A stretch of DNA of 57,077 bases, filler included, from Sphacelaria rigidula (GCA_964200075.2; 7 parts of 7 records of this genome joined end to end with filler, not necessarily neighbours in it); one strand, 5' to 3'; positions 35,755 through 49,288 are shown, counted from the whole stretch's first letter. Notes: generated by a model from the letters alone, not told the origin. Program-made: numbers and translations.

Positions 35755-38700
35755 ATGTCGTTATTACCACGAGCGGTGACCTTAACGGCAATGCGAGCAA
35801 CAGTAACCATCTCGTCCTCCGTACCACGCCGTCTGTCCACCACCCCAAGCTCCGCACCCCTCCTCCATGGAGCCCTGACCGACACCCCCCCCGCCGCGAT
35901 CCAAGCCAACAAGGCAGCCATGGCCGAGCTGGTCCAAACCCTCAAGGACACCCTCGCTATGGTCGAAGAAGGGGGTGGACAAGTAGCCGCAGCAAGGCAC
36001 AAAAGTCGAGGCAAGCTCTTGGCTCGGGAGAGAATCGAAGCGCTCATTGACCCGGGAACGCCGTTTTTGGAGATATCGCCCTTGGCAGGGGTTGAGATGG
36101 AGAATGGGGGTGGTATTGGAGGTGTACCGGCGGGCGGCGTTGTGGCCGGGATAGGCAGGGTGTCCGGCGTGGAGTGCATGGTCGTGGCCAATGATGCTAC
36201 GGTCAAGGGTGGTACATATTTTCCCATTACGGTCAAGAAGCATCTCAGAGCTCAGGTATTCGGAGGCATAACGGGCGACACTATTGTCTAGTATATCTAT
36301 CACATGAGTTGGTACCCGTTCTCGGTTCTTGCAAGTTGATAGTTAATCGTGACATGTTTCGGGTTTGGACCACCGGCGGAGCGATTCGGGCAGTCAGTGG
36401 AGTGGGAGAGAATACCAACCCTGCGCAGCCTGCATTTCATTAGTCCTCTAGTAGCCTGGTTCGGATGTGGTATGTTGTGAAAAGGGCGGTTGCTGAGGTA
36501 CAAGCGGAAGTCTGTCATGTTATGCAGAAACGCAAGCACACCCAAAGTGCAACTTCAAATGAGGCTCATTTTTCAGGTGTTACCTGCTACGTCTGAATAT
36601 TATCCGAGGTACGCACTGCTGTAGCATAAGTTAACCCTGTCGCTACCACGGCGCAAATTACCCGCAGTGTGGATATACAGGCAGTATGCATCATTTATTA
36701 TTATCGTTTGGTAAACACTGAGCCAACCCCACGGGCACATTGCTCACCGACCAACGTGAAACGACCAAAAATGCAGCGCCTGTAGATGAACTACTGTTTT
36801 GCCAAGGTAATGCAACTGCTGTAAAGTGTGTATATACACACGGTAAAGGGCACACTCGTAGCCATCAGACACGTAGGTTTTGAGGGTAAATCGCTTGATT
36901 TCAGTACAGAAAAAGTAGTGTTCACCACCGACCTCTTTTGAGTCCTTCCCGTCCCGGCGGCCGCTGAATCTACGACATCGAGAAAGCACACGAGTCCAAA
37001 CATAGTCACATACGTTTTGCACAAGGAAATCAACATGTCTGCCAAAGGGGGAAAGGGCTAGCGAGCACACGAAGAGGAGCTGACACAGCAATGCCTTCGT
37101 CTATTTCACTCTCTACACCAAGCAGCCGGTAGTGCAACGTACGCAGTACATGGCATGATGGGCTTCTGTAACGGTTGCCAGTGACCGCCCTTCGCGCACG
37201 CGAGAAATCCGTTTCTACCATGTTCGGTGTTCTCAAGGAGGCCGAACAAGCGTGGATCCCTTTGTGATCAGACAGCATGTCCATCGATGAGAAGCGCACT
37301 TTGGCTGCCCACTCGGGCCAGCCATCCGGGCCTCTGTGGACAGCACATGACAGTAGCGATAGGCACTGTGCACAGACAACACGATGTTTGTCATGAACAA
37401 CGAAATAATCTCAACACGCGTCGTCGCTGCTGCACAGGCATGCATCATGCTCGCAGCCAAGTCAAGCCATACGAGGTGGTGGCGAAGACTTTTGTTGACT
37501 TGGTGAAAATATCGATTGTACTACTATTACTCTCGTTGTAGCCTGCTGTGCAACTATAGTACGAGGCTACGCTGTTTTGTTACCCGCACATGTGAGCATC
37601 AGGCAGATTATGTTGCTTTTCTGGTGATTTCCCAGGACATGGCTGTATAGCAGCCAACAACCACTCTCGAACAGGCTTCTTGTTCGTTAGCAGACCATAG
37701 TAGCTGAAGGGTCAAGCTCACGAAGCATTTCTCCCGGAGGCATTAGATGATCAAAGTCGATTTTTTACGAATCTGAGGCAGCCATACCGCCAAGAGCTGT
37801 GTCGTAAAAATCTCATCGGGATCTTATGATGAACGGGGTCATATAGCAGTACGGACCATGCTTGTCAGGAATCAGGTTTGAGCTTCTTATCGCCCGATCA
37901 ATGTGTCCCGTAACCAGCACGTTCCCCTTAACCACTGCGGTAATGTACCGTATTTCGAAGTTTGGCTTTGGCCCTGAGAAAACGACGAGTTTTGCGATTA
38001 CTGCCCCGAAGGTACAGCACGGTACGGTAGAATGCAGCGAGCAGCGAGTGACGGGAAAGGCAGCACATGAGTGCAGTGCAGTACAGTAGAGTGCTGGTGT
38101 CAGCCCTGAAATTTCCGCTGTTCTTGTCCGCTGGTCGAATATCTTTGACCGACTCCGGTGCTTGACGGCAACGCTGTTGTACCGTGCAGTAGTGGCCACC
38201 TCATAAAACTCGTGTACATGTCACGCAAGCCTAAGCGTTCCGAGATGAATTTTTCAGCTGTTGTTAAACGCTGATCGAAGATCCTTGACCGGCTCTCGTG
38301 CTTGATGGCAAAGCTGTTGTACCGTGCAGTAGTGGCCCAATCCTAAAACTCGTTTACGTATCACGCAAGCATAAGCATTCCGAGATGACGCGCTGAAAAC
38401 CCCGGGATATGGAAAAATGACCCGAAAAGTATGATCCATAGGCCAGAGCGTAGATGTCCGCCAGTCGACACGGACGCTTCACATTATGTTTGAGGAAAAT
38501 ATCAGGTATAGCCACTACGGTAACTCTAGAATTTGTCGCGCAATTTTGAGGTGGGGCGGGTGCCGTGACAATCCGATATTTCACCCCAAGCTATTTTTTG
38601 GGTTGGTTCCCATATCATATGAGGCTACACACAGTAGCCCATGCTATGCCACGGTTTGTGGCATCTTCCTGCGCACATGAGTCACCACCATCACAAGTGC

Positions 38701-39550
38701 TGCGGACACGATGGCCGCTCATGGTGCATTGTTGTACCCAAGCATCACGGCCAATTCAGAGTGTGTGTGGTCGTGGCTCGACCACGATCAAATAGCACGC
38801 CAGGCATAAGTATTGTACGACCTTGGCGGCTGCGACCTCGCCCGCTTCTACACGAACCCTGCCTCCCCACATAGTCATTGTTTCCCGACAAAAGTAAGTA
38901 GTTCGACCCCCTCAAATATCCGTCCACTTGACCTCCAATTAGCGAACTGGGCGCTAAAGAGATTTGGCAAACTTTGAGTCAAGGTCGCCGTACATGCTTC
39001 GCGATCTCGGGTCCTGTCCACATTCAACATTCAACATTCCAAACAAAGTTGAAACGTTTTTTCAAGATTTTCTGTCCCCGGGAGAAAAAATAAGGGAGCG
39101 CAAAATGCACTCGGAACAAACGCAAAACGTGTCGAGAGCCGGCAGCTCATGCTCATCTCCAGTTGCAGGGCATCGCAGAGAGCAGGCAGCTGGTGACCAC
39201 GGATCGAATCCTGGGAAATCAGTGAACATGCGATCACCTGCCAAGTAATCAAATCGCGGCGCAAGTAGAGGTCGCGCTGTGTACTCGTTTGAATGTCGAT
39301 GCGTTCTAAGTTCCCGCGGAGATGACGTGCGTGATCAGCCGATGTTTTTGCCCGTCGTTCTTCGTGAATGATAACAAATAGTATGAGTGTTTTTGCACAT
39401 GTATCCAGGAAGTGGCGAGGGAGAACCGACTGCCGTGCATTTACATGGTTGACTCCGGGGGTGCGTTCCTGCCGAAGCAAGCGGAGGTGTTCCCTGATCG
39501 CGATCATTTCGGCCGAATTTTCTACAACCAGGCAAACATGTCCGCTGCAG
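35755..39550 (+). CDS. MCCC2: Methylcrotonoyl-CoA carboxylase beta subunit, mitochondrial, 5' partial: exons 35755-36255 and 39409-39550
   Basis: [10 protein letters not shown]...[70 protein letters not shown], joined across a 3153-bp GT-AG intron. The R/S/T-rich N-terminus fits a mitochondrial presequence. Confidence 0.95.
38108..38389 (+). repeat. Tandem duplication, 2 x about 141 bp, intronic
   Basis: GCTGTTGTACCGTGCAGTAGTGGCC and TCACGCAAGC..TTCCGAGATGA each occur twice, about 141 bp apart. Confidence 0.9.
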
Positions 39551-40359
39551 GTGGGTTGGTTCCGCTGAAAGTCTTCCACAGCGAAGTGCGCTTATTTGTT
39601 GTACATCTGTCAGATGACTGTATTATATCTGACTCGGATATCAGTCATCGATCGGATGCAAAAGCTGAACAATTTAGCAGCCATAGATTTTAGCAGTATA
39701 TATCTGGAGCACTCGGCGGTTGGTCGGAGGTTTGCTCGGTATTTGACTTGTGTTCCAAAACAAGCGAAGCAGAAACGACACAATCGGTCAAAATCTCGTT
39801 GTCATGGAATCAGAACAATGAATGAACGGAGATACCTGTCCATACCCTGTATAGTCGCCCAGTTCTGCCCATAGTTGTTGACATATGGCTCGGCGACTCA
39901 AACTCCTACTCTATGGCTGACTGCCTCTTCCTTCGTACATTGAATACTGGTATCTCACGCGCGGCACGGAAAGACGGCGCCGCGTGGTTAAGACATGGGA
40001 CATGGTTCAAGCGCTTTAAGCACCAAGATCTCGTAGTGTGGCCTTACCGTGGCCAATCGGCCATTGGCGAACGCACCCCCTCACCAGCGTCACATCATAC
40101 CTGATACGGACAGTGTTTTCCTGGTATGCAAATAACCCCCGCTCCCCCATCTGAGTATCCTATTGAGGGTTGGCGTCGATTGGCAACGGTGCAGTAAAAC
40201 ACGCCACTCACTGTGTAAGCTCGGCAACCAGGTTACCGGGGGGGTTTGCTTGCGTTTTTTTGCGGTAGCCATGACGATGGTCGAGCTAGATCATATTGTG
40301 CGAGGCCGAGAACCTCAACTCCGCGCAAGGGGGGTGATCGTACTACGCGGTGTTTATAT

Positions 40360-40636
40360 TATGAGACACCTGTGAGGCAGTGTAGAACCCGTGGCTGTCC
40401 CCGGAAGTAGCGATACAATGAAATGAAGCAACTCAATGGAGGCTGTCATCCATATGCAATCTTAGCAGGATGCAGCTCACCCCTCATGGGACTCGCCGAG
40501 CACATGACGGTGCTTCGCGTTTGGTGATTGATTGCGAGCCTGGTCCGGCGAACCCGGCGTGCTCCGCCCAGGCTTTGTAGGGATACGAGGCCAATTATCT
40601 GATGGCTATGGCATGCAAGATCATGAGTACACCCCT
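40360..40636 (-). repeat. Copy of the 300-330 bp dispersed repeat
   Basis: Reverse complement aligns with 26360-26685. Confidence 0.85.
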
Positions 40637-40742
40637 CTGAGTGTGTAAGAGGCTTCATGCAATGCATGGAAGAAACGTATTGAGCTCTCAAGAGTTGGAG
40701 GCCTCCCCATTCTAAATAGGAATCGTGCTCCGCCCCCAAAGG

Positions 40743-40842
40743 NNNNNNNNNNNNNNNNNNNNNNNNNNNNNNNNNNNNNNNNNNNNTTAATTAATTAANN
40801 NNNNNNNNNNNNNNNNNNNNNNNNNNNNNNNNNNNNNNNNNN
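40743..40842. other. Artificial contig linker
   Basis: N44-TTAATTAATTAA-N44. Confidence 0.99.
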
Positions 40843-40884
<42 letters not shown>

Positions 40885-40971
40885 CTACTACTACTACTGC
40901 TACTGCTACTACTACTACTACTCCTACTGCTACCGCTTCTGCTACTGCTACTGCTACTACTACTACTACTA
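40843..40971. repeat. (CTA)n/(CTG)n microsatellite
   Basis: Direct reading. Confidence 0.97.
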
Positions 40972-41134
40972 ATGCTTATATCATTAAAAATATATATGAT
41001 GGTATTAGTAGTAATATTGATTCGATTGATTGATTGTCAATCAAACCCATATGAATACTATTAATAAAATTATAATAGTAATAGTAATGGTAATAGTAAT
41101 AGTACTAGTGGTAGTAATACATAGCACAGTCGCG

Positions 41135-41432
41135 CCATGCTCCGGTGGTGTAGCCGGTGCAACTGAAGCTAGTCAAGGCGGGAGATGGCGGGTAGAATCA
41201 CGGCAGATGTGTGTCCAGGTTTCATCTTCCGAGAAGTACCGGATTCCCGTCGTTAACAACTTGAGGACATGAGTGGCAAAGAGAAGATTTATTTGAAGAG
41301 CTTCGATGCGGTGCGAGAGTGCTGATGGTCATGATCCAATCCGCGACACCAAAATGTGAGACTTGTCTCGGGGAATTGGTGGGCTTCATCCCTTCAGACA
41401 ACGAACTCGCCCCGAGGAAGGGGAGGGGTTGA
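41135..41432 (+). mobile_element. Diverged tRNA-derived SINE, with a further 3' fragment at about 41660-41747
   Basis: CCGGTGGTGTAGCCGG head, GGTCATGATCCAATCCGCGACACCAAAATG body, CCCGAGGAAGGGGAGGGGTT end. Confidence 0.7.
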
Positions 41433-41799
41433 AAAAGTGGGACGGGGGGGAAACAGCGTAGCCCCGCGCTCAGGTGGTCAGATGGGTACAAAACATGATG
41501 ATCGGCCAGTTTGGGGGAGTACTAGTAGTGGTGGCTTCGAATCCCAGCAGTCAGGGCTTACTTATTTTTCTAGTTTCCGCCGCGGAAAGGGTAATGGGAG
41601 GAGCGTGGGATAACACAATATTTGAGGAAAGTGGAAGAGTTATGGTAGTGCTGATCCAATGCTCGAGATTAATGGCAAGGCAGTGCCGGGGGAGAGATGG
41701 ATTGGTTAATCCCTTGAGTCTACGGGCTTGTCTCGAGGGGTTGAACGTATGACGGGAACAAACAAGAAGTAGTGACAGCTGTATAGGTTATGGTGAAGA

Positions 41800-42092
41800 G
41801 TGTTTTCGTGATATTGAGAGTAGAGGATACAATTGGGAGTGACAAGAGGTCAGCCAGTGAATGAATCGTTCCAGTTCCGAGATCCCCTTCCACGAGGCCC
41901 GATATGCTTTGTGCAGTAGCTTGCAACTGAGGCCCTTGTTATCCCTGAGTAGGATATCGACGTGTAGCTGTGAGCACACACCAACGATGAAGGCAAAAAA
42001 GAGCACACGCGAAATGAAAAACTGGCCAAGTTGAAGCGAATGATCAAAGCCACTCTCAATCAGCGTCCTACTCTCAATCTCACGAAAACGTT
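41800..42092. mobile_element. MITE-like element, homolog of 9818-10113
   Basis: TIR GTTTTCGTGATATTGAGAGTAG / CTACTCTCAATCTCACGAAAAC and a shared interior. Confidence 0.8.
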
Positions 42093-42314
42093 ATTGGTAG
42101 TGGTCAGCCTCGAAGCATACTTTGTGCAGGACACCGTAACGTAGTCAGATACTGCTCCTCCTACACTATAGCCTCAGGTTTGGAAAACTAATATATCCGC
42201 AAGAAATGTACGTCGTGTAGATCTCATACTGTGTACAGATATACCCTTGATTTCATCTGGTTTGATTCGATCGTCGCACTTCAAGTGGTGACCCAAAAGG
42301 GATGCAGTCGTGGT

Positions 42315-42515
42315 CACACGGTAGGCGTACCCGAGACGAAACAATACTGAAACATTCGCTCAAGAAAAAAGAAACAGAAAAGATAGAACAGAGCAACAGA
42401 GTAAACTAAGACAAAAAAAACAAAACATGAAAAATATATGAAACAAAAAAAATGGTCGGCCTCTGCCACATGGCTTCGGCGGAAAGGGTCTTGCCCAGAA
42501 CCACACTCATACTCA
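42315..42515 (-). repeat. Dispersed repeat, homolog of 47225-47530
   Basis: CGTACCCGAGACGAAACAA..GAAACATTCGCT and CATGGCTTCGG..GGTCTTGCCCAGAA match the reverse complement of 47225-47530. Confidence 0.7.
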
Positions 42516-42994
42516 GTCGTAGGAAACAAAAGGCAGTGAGAAAAGAAAATATTGCGGCTCATCCACTACGACCGCACTATTTGGGGTGTGGGCCCTCTCG
42601 TCCATAAAAAACAAACAAGTTATAAATATTGTTTCGAAATGATCAACCGCAGATTGCGGATATGATAAAACAACTGCGCACACCATATAGATTACGGATG
42701 TGAAAACACAGATAAGCGCCAAGCGTTTTGGTGTTTTGACTGATCAGCTGCAACAATGTTATCAAGAGAGAGATAACAAGCAGTGCGTTGCACGATCATT
42801 TAGTACATTCTTGTGTTATGATGAAACAAATGTTCATTTTTGTTGTCGGGGTGTTGAGAAAAAATATTTGCGAACTGCGTGCGAACATTCCAATCTTGGA
42901 TAGATACACGTGGAAAGTCGTGCCTGATACACGTGCACAGGAGCTTGCGAGCGATGGCAAACTACAGAGAGCCTCGCTGAATTTCTTGGTAATA

Positions 42995-43150
42995 TTCTTC
43001 CTCTTCTTGTTCCTCTTCTTGTTCCTCTTCTTGTTCTTGTTCTTGTTCCTCTTCTTCTTCATGTTCTTCATGTTCTTCATGTTCTTCATCATCACCATCT
43101 TCTTCCTCCTCTTCTTAATCTTCTCAATATCCTCAATATCCTCAACATTC
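42995..43150. repeat. Compound (TTC/TTG/CTC/ATG) triplet microsatellite
   Basis: Direct reading. Confidence 0.95.
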
Positions 43151-44589
43151 TTATTATTTCTGCACATTAGCCCGATCTCTCGAACCTGTGGTCATAGACG
43201 TAGGCTTATTGCTGAATACGGCACTGACTCCGCCGCTAGAATAGCGGTTACCCCCACAGTGGTATCCCTTCCGTGCTGTGCTCGCCCCAGATGTTCACTA
43301 GCATGTACCTGTACATCAATCCACCGATTAGGCCCGTTGAAATGAGCAACGCCCATGTTCTTTTTTCCAATTTTTTATTCGTTTGCAGAATGACTTTGTC
43401 GTGGAGCTGTTTCTGCGGCGGTTCAACATGAGGCAAGAGGCCGAGCTTCAACTGTACATCTTCCTCGTATCGGTGCGACAAAAAAGACGTGTTTCCTCCC
43501 ACTATCGTATCTTATCCTATCTATCTTGAGACGATTCTCTATTTTTTCGGACAGATTTACGTGGCTGGCGCAGCTGTTTAGTCACGAACGCGCCCGGCAA
43601 GAAGAAGTATTACAGAGTGCTTGCTCCGCGCCGCTTTATTGGCCACTTTTTCATTTTGTTTGGGGATTGTAATGCTGTATTTCCTTTTTCCGCGCAGAGC
43701 GCCTTCCTACATATACTGTGTATGAAGGCGCTTTGTTGCATCGGAGTGCCGTGGTCGGTGAAGTGCTTTTTCTGTTGTGTTTATTTTTTATTGTCGTGCT
43801 CCGCGCTCTTGTTCCCTTTTCTTGCGTCGCGTGCAAAAACAAAGGAATCGAACCATTCGTCACAACTAAAGAAAGCAAATAAACAGGCTCCTGTAATAAA
43901 TAAATAAAAAAGAACCAACTAAACCATGGAATAAACAGCATCTGTAGATGTAACAACATTTAATCCTCATGATGTATAAAAATATGACAGATACAATTAT
44001 ACTAAAGAATAATTAATTTTTATTCACCATTTTAGACGATATTATGTTTGAATGACAGCTCTCTTTCCTTAGACAAAAAGAGGGTGTGCGTTAGGTGTGT
44101 ATTTTGTGTGACGACGAAGGAGCTAACCCCGTCTTTTAGTGGCATCGAATTGTCACCGAAGTACATACTCGAGGTCATGACCCCCCTCTGACGGTCTCTC
44201 TTTTTGTCACGAATTACTGCCTCCCATTGTACCGTTTCCCCGATGCGGTGTGTTGCTATGTGGTGCTTTTCCTGTTATGCCTAGCATATTCGTACATATG
44301 GCTGCCCCTCTGGAGGTACAAGGATAGAACCATGTGATGTTTCTGCTATGGTTAGTGATCTTTGGTTCCTGAGTTTGGCTCCGTTCTTGTTTGGCTTCGC
44401 GTGTTAAGTGGACCATTGGGCCCTGCCTCCAGTAGCCCGAATGATCGCTTGCGACACCGAAACTTACTTATGAAGTTGGTGGGTATTATTAGTCCTTTTT
44501 TTGTATCGTGTCTGTGTCAATTTTCCTGAGCCCTATTCTTCTTATTTGATTTCCTTGTCCCGTATTTGGGTAGTTAGCATGTGACCACG

Positions 44590-44702
44590 AAGGCGTCCTC
44601 ATCAGAGATGCTCAGTACAGCAGCTGAGGGATATTGCGCAGATATCGGAACGATTTTATTGTGAAAGCAGCAGCAGCAGCAACAACAACAACAACAACAA
44701 CT
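44590..44702 (+). repeat. Third copy of the (CAA)n-tailed repeat, tail (GCA)n(ACA)n
   Basis: GGCGTCCTCATCAG..GCGCAGATATCGGAACG..TGTGAA. Confidence 0.75.
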
Positions 44703-44773
44703 GTCGTGGATAAGTTGGTACTATTCGCTAGTTTTTTTTCATGCAGATCCCCTCATCCCACTCCCCTACGCGC

Positions 44774-44823
44774 TAGGGCTATAGGGTTGGGGTTAGGGTT
44801 AGGGTTAGGGTTAGGGTTAGGGT
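44774..44823 (+). repeat. Interstitial telomere-like (TTAGGG)5 with degenerate flanking units
   Basis: Five perfect TTAGGG units at 44793-44822. Confidence 0.9.
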
Positions 44824-46351
44824 GTCACACGAGCAGTGATGGATATTTCCACCGGCCGCATGGAGGTGAAATTGCGTAGGCGATTTCTTGCCGCTGTCAA
44901 ACGCTGCAGTCGCGCAGTCCCTCAAGGAAGAAGGGAAACACACTATTAATATTACTAGTGCACTTTTCGCTCCCCGCGAAAGTGCATCCCACTGCTTTTT
45001 CGTTCGGTTGTTGGATAACTGCATTGAAGTAAACGCCGTTTTTTTCTTCAACAGAGGGTGACCCTATTTTATCTTGTTTACTACGTTCCGAAAACCATTA
45101 TTGCACAGCTGAAAGCGCATTACCGAAAAACCTCGGCTGGACGCACATTTGCTCGGCTAATGGACTTGCTGGTGGACAACGAGGGTGTGAAGTCCGATTC
45201 TAACACGGCCGGTCATCACGACAGCAAGGTGGACCATGGTGTAGCTGTCATGGAGTAAATGGCGAGGTGGACTGTTACGAGTTGGCTGTCCGAGTAGGGT
45301 CAATTTTCAAGGGCAGTTGTCGCGGAGTAGACACCATGTAGGTACATTCGAAGCAAGGGAACACAACTCGTATCCTGGCCCCTTCCTTTGCCTCAATGTG
45401 GACAATGGCCTTTTCGAAAGAGTACATCCCGTCATCACGCGTATGCCATTATTTGTCTGCGAGAGACAGGACAAGAAGGACGGAGGCCGTGGACGCGGCG
45501 CCGGAGGTCATCACGCGGATCACGGCAAGAGAGAGGAAGAATTGCTGGAAGAGGAGGTGCAGCCTAGAAACACCGCCCTTGACATCGCGTATCTTCCTAT
45601 TCTTCTCTTCACCAGGTATCCAGCACGTGATCTGGGTTTGTCGCTGTTCGTCGCAAGAGGAGGTTGAATGCAAGAGCGTGTAGTAGGCTCTCGCAGGAAA
45701 GGAGGAAAGGAGCACGACTAGCGCCGTTTCAACTCTGGATTCACGGTAGAATTTGTTGTGAATCATGCGCTCGTAGTGCGCTAAAGAAAGGAAAACCATT
45801 GTTAACCCGGTTCCAACGTTCCAACGTGTGATAGATTTGTGCCTGTTGACCTCCTGCAATCATTTACACCCGCCGCCAGCTTCGCTGCACCGCGCCACTC
45901 ATCACTGCGTGATGTGTAAATATATATATATATATATGCATATACAAGCCGCACGGGACCCGGGGCTGCGCCCCGGTCCCGTCCGACTTTTTCGAGGGTC
46001 TCGGTATTCTTGCATTGCCAAGCCCTCGTGAGAATAGATCCTCTCTCGAAATGTTCATGCCCGCCAGAAACATTGCAGGACCACCGCGATCCCGCGATCG
46101 TTCGAACGGTCACGAACGCATGTCTTCCCTCGTGAAAAGTAAAGCACGAATCCGCCAACCGGGCCCCTAGCATTGGCATTGGCCCGAACAGTCATCTCCC
46201 GGGGCGGGTGCAGAGGAACTTGCCCACTAAAATCAGCAATAAATCTCGTGGACGCCTCGTTACAGAGTATGCTTCACGCTCGTGAGTTCGAAATATTTCA
46301 TGTATATTTGTTTATACTATATACATTCATGTCTTGTCGCACTTTAAACAG

Positions 46352-46654
46352 ATCCCTTCCTTGGGACGAGTCCGTGGTCTAACAGTCTCAAGGGATCAGC
46401 CCATCTCTCCCCGGTACACGCCTTGCATTTTGGTCTCGCGGATTGGATCATGACCACTCCCGCACCGCGTCAACTCCCATCAAACGAGCTCACTCAACGA
46501 CTTTTTGTCTACTCGCGTACCCACGCTTCCGACGGTGGAAGTCAAATACTCGGAGGGAAGAAGCCAACGATTCGGGGATCAAAACCACGTTCTCTCTATT
46601 TACCTAATCCTAATGATGACAGTCGGATCATTTTAATTTACACCCTCGGGGCGC
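46352..46654 (-). mobile_element. tRNA-derived SINE copy with a degraded head
   Basis: Body and 3' block align with 13101-13380. Confidence 0.8.
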
Positions 46655-47322
46655 GGCTATATCGCTTGATATGTTTTGTTCTCTACCCGTACGAGTTGTG
46701 CTGGCTTTGGCTCGACTCCCGGTGCGAGGTGTCATACATTTTGGAGGAAGACGAAATAGCGGAGAGTGTAGCCGAAACGTCAGGGAGTCTTGGACGACAG
46801 ACTCAGTACGCGATGCACGGCCGGAAAGTAGCCCCAATGTGGAGCGGTATCATTCCCGCCGCATATTTGCAACGTGCCTGCTTGCCACGTATTCGCTTGA
46901 TAGACGTTCCTTGCTAAAGAGGCCGAAGGTGGACCTGGCAGCCGTGAACTGGGCGCGGAGTCAGGAACTCCTTGCTAGGTAAGGGTAGGTATCCTCTGTC
47001 CTGCGCTGGCCCGTCCCGGACGAAATGAGACGCCATTTTTTTTTCCTTCTTACTTTTTCGACAAAACGAAATGTTTTCAGTTCTTAGCTTGGTCGTAATG
47101 GACTGGGGTGGAGTCGTACCGGGAACATCTGTACGCTAGACCGGCCGGTCATGATATTTCAACATCAATTGATGTATCCACGAGCCGCAATCTGTTTCCA
47201 CGGCTTTTTTTGCTTTCGTTTGGGTTTTGAGTGCATGTGCTTTTCTGCGCAAGACCATGTCCCACCCGAAGCCATGTTTCAGACGCCGAGGATGTCTATT
47301 TTTTTCTTCCTTTCGTCTTTAT

Positions 47323-47323
47323 T

Positions 47324-47412
<89 letters not shown>

Positions 47413-47426
47413 GCTGTTGTTGTTGT
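47323..47426. repeat. (TTG)n microsatellite, more than 30 units, inside a dispersed repeat (47225-47530)
   Basis: Direct reading. Confidence 0.97.
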
Positions 47427-47719
47427 AGATGTTGTTATTTCAGCCTACTCTGTGTGTCGTACTTTTCTTCATTTTTCTTCATTTTTCTTCAGCGAGTGTT
47501 TCCGTTTTGTTTCATCTCTGGTACGTCTATCATGTGGATAATGGATGATAACCACGACTGGATCATGACTACCTCGGATGTCGGTTTCATGTGCGACAAT
47601 CAATCAATCAACCGATCAAGCCATCCATCCATGGCTGAAGCATATTCGACGACGACTATGCCTTGCCGTTGGAAATGCATGTCTCACCGGTTTTTGCAAA
47701 GACTATGATGAACGAGCAG

Positions 47720-47860
47720 TACATACATTCATACATTCATACATACATACATACATACATTCATACATACATACATACATACATACTGACATACTGACAT
47801 ACTGACATACTGACATACTGACATATATACTGACATATATACTGACATATATACTGACAT
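47720..47860. repeat. Compound microsatellite (ACAT)n, (ACTGACAT)n, (ACTGACATATAT)n
   Basis: Direct reading. Confidence 0.95.
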
Positions 47861-48910
47861 GCATACTCCACAGTACGCCTGCGGTGCGCGGGGGAAATAT
47901 CGAGAACCCGATGCTTCTTGCTCGAACGGGCTTGGAATAGGTTTCACACACAGAATGCTGATTAAGCATTTTTTACATAGTGTGCTGGTCCAATCGCCGC
48001 TTGAATCATCAAGTGCAAGCAAGGGAAGTGCAGGGGGAGAGATGAGCTTGGGACCCTTCGACTAGTGAGTTGTCCCATGGAATGGAAGATTTGAAGTGCA
48101 AAAGTATATGATCGTAACTAACATCGCGTACCGCGCAAAATTAAACCTGACTCGTGCAGAATTATAAGTTCACCTCCGAGTATCGTCATTATTCTGTCGG
48201 CCGCTGGTTTTGAACTTTCTCTGTGTAGTCCTTTCTTCCAAAGACTTGGGGTGGAGAGTTTTTTGTGCAGGAGGCTTCTTGTGGAAAGTTTCACAGGAGC
48301 ATAGTCCTGTGTGAATGTTGTGTTATGCTGTACCCACGAAGTGTGGTAGGTGCATGGTTGGTGTGTGAGGTCGCTCCCTCGTGGGACAATGTTGTGTATC
48401 ATCGCACATGATGGGTACAAAAGGCCGTGAGCGCATCATTTTTCAAAGTATTTTGTGACTTTGGGAGCATGACACGAAATAATTAATGGCGTTCTATCGC
48501 CACTTCCAGAGGCAGCCACGGGTTACACACTGCCTCATAAGCGGCCTGCCATAGGGGAAAGAGGGAAGGGGGGGGGCATAGTCTTCAAATGAAATATTCT
48601 GGAACTCATGGCGAGCACCCATATTGCTCGAACAGTATATATGGGAAATTATGACAACCACAAGTTTTTCACGGCCAGTGTGGCACGCCCGCGGTAATCA
48701 TATGTTCAAAATCAGCATATTGTGGCTGGCTGCACGGCCGCCGCAACATGGTGTAGCACACCACTTTGTTGGGTGCCTGCATGTGTACCGAAAAATTGTT
48801 GCTTCTCGGGGAGAATGATGATAATATGTACGCAGGGCCTTACGAGATAGGCGGAAACCAAGACGAAATACTGTCTATAGATGAAGACGCGGTACAAGAC
48901 AAAAGTATGA

Positions 48911-49010
48911 NNNNNNNNNNNNNNNNNNNNNNNNNNNNNNNNNNNNNNNNNNNNTTAATTAATTAANNNNNNNNNNNNNNNNNNNNNNNNNNNNNNNNNN
49001 NNNNNNNNNN
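48911..49010. other. Artificial contig linker
   Basis: N44-TTAATTAATTAA-N44. Confidence 0.99.
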
Positions 49011-49149
49011 GACAACACCTGTTCCCAGGACCATGCAAACTCCATCCAACTCATTCTCAGCTACCTAGCCGTAAATTCCCCTCGGGTGCGTTAGTCGTTA
49101 GTGCACGTGCATGTTATTATTCTTGTGTTCGGGGAAAAACACCTGAATC

Positions 49150-49288
49150 CTCCGAACCCATGGTTGCGGATTCATTGTACTGCACGATCTTGTTTCGAAA
49201 ACGAATAGAGTAGAAACCCCCGAGCCGTCCAACCCCATGGTTGCGAACTTAATGAACTGTACGGTCTTGTTTCGAAAATAAATAGTAC
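49150..49288 (+). repeat. Tandem duplication, 2 x about 78 bp
   Basis: CCCATGGTTGCG..TCTTGTTTCGAAAA occurs twice. Confidence 0.8.

Noticed and set aside
7214..39550. Functional cluster of NOP56, PPR, fibrillin, nucleotidyltransferase and MCCC2
   Set aside because: Each gene lies on a different artificially joined contig
42788..43345. Membrane-like or Lys-rich ORFs
   Set aside because: Produced by a compound triplet microsatellite
44575..44620. Hammerhead ribozyme (minus-strand CTGATGAGGAC...)
   Set aside because: No GAAA after the putative stem II, and the copy at about 8056 reads CTGATGC
47151..47708. Poly-Cys, poly-Val and poly-Leu ORFs
   Set aside because: (TTG)n read in three frames
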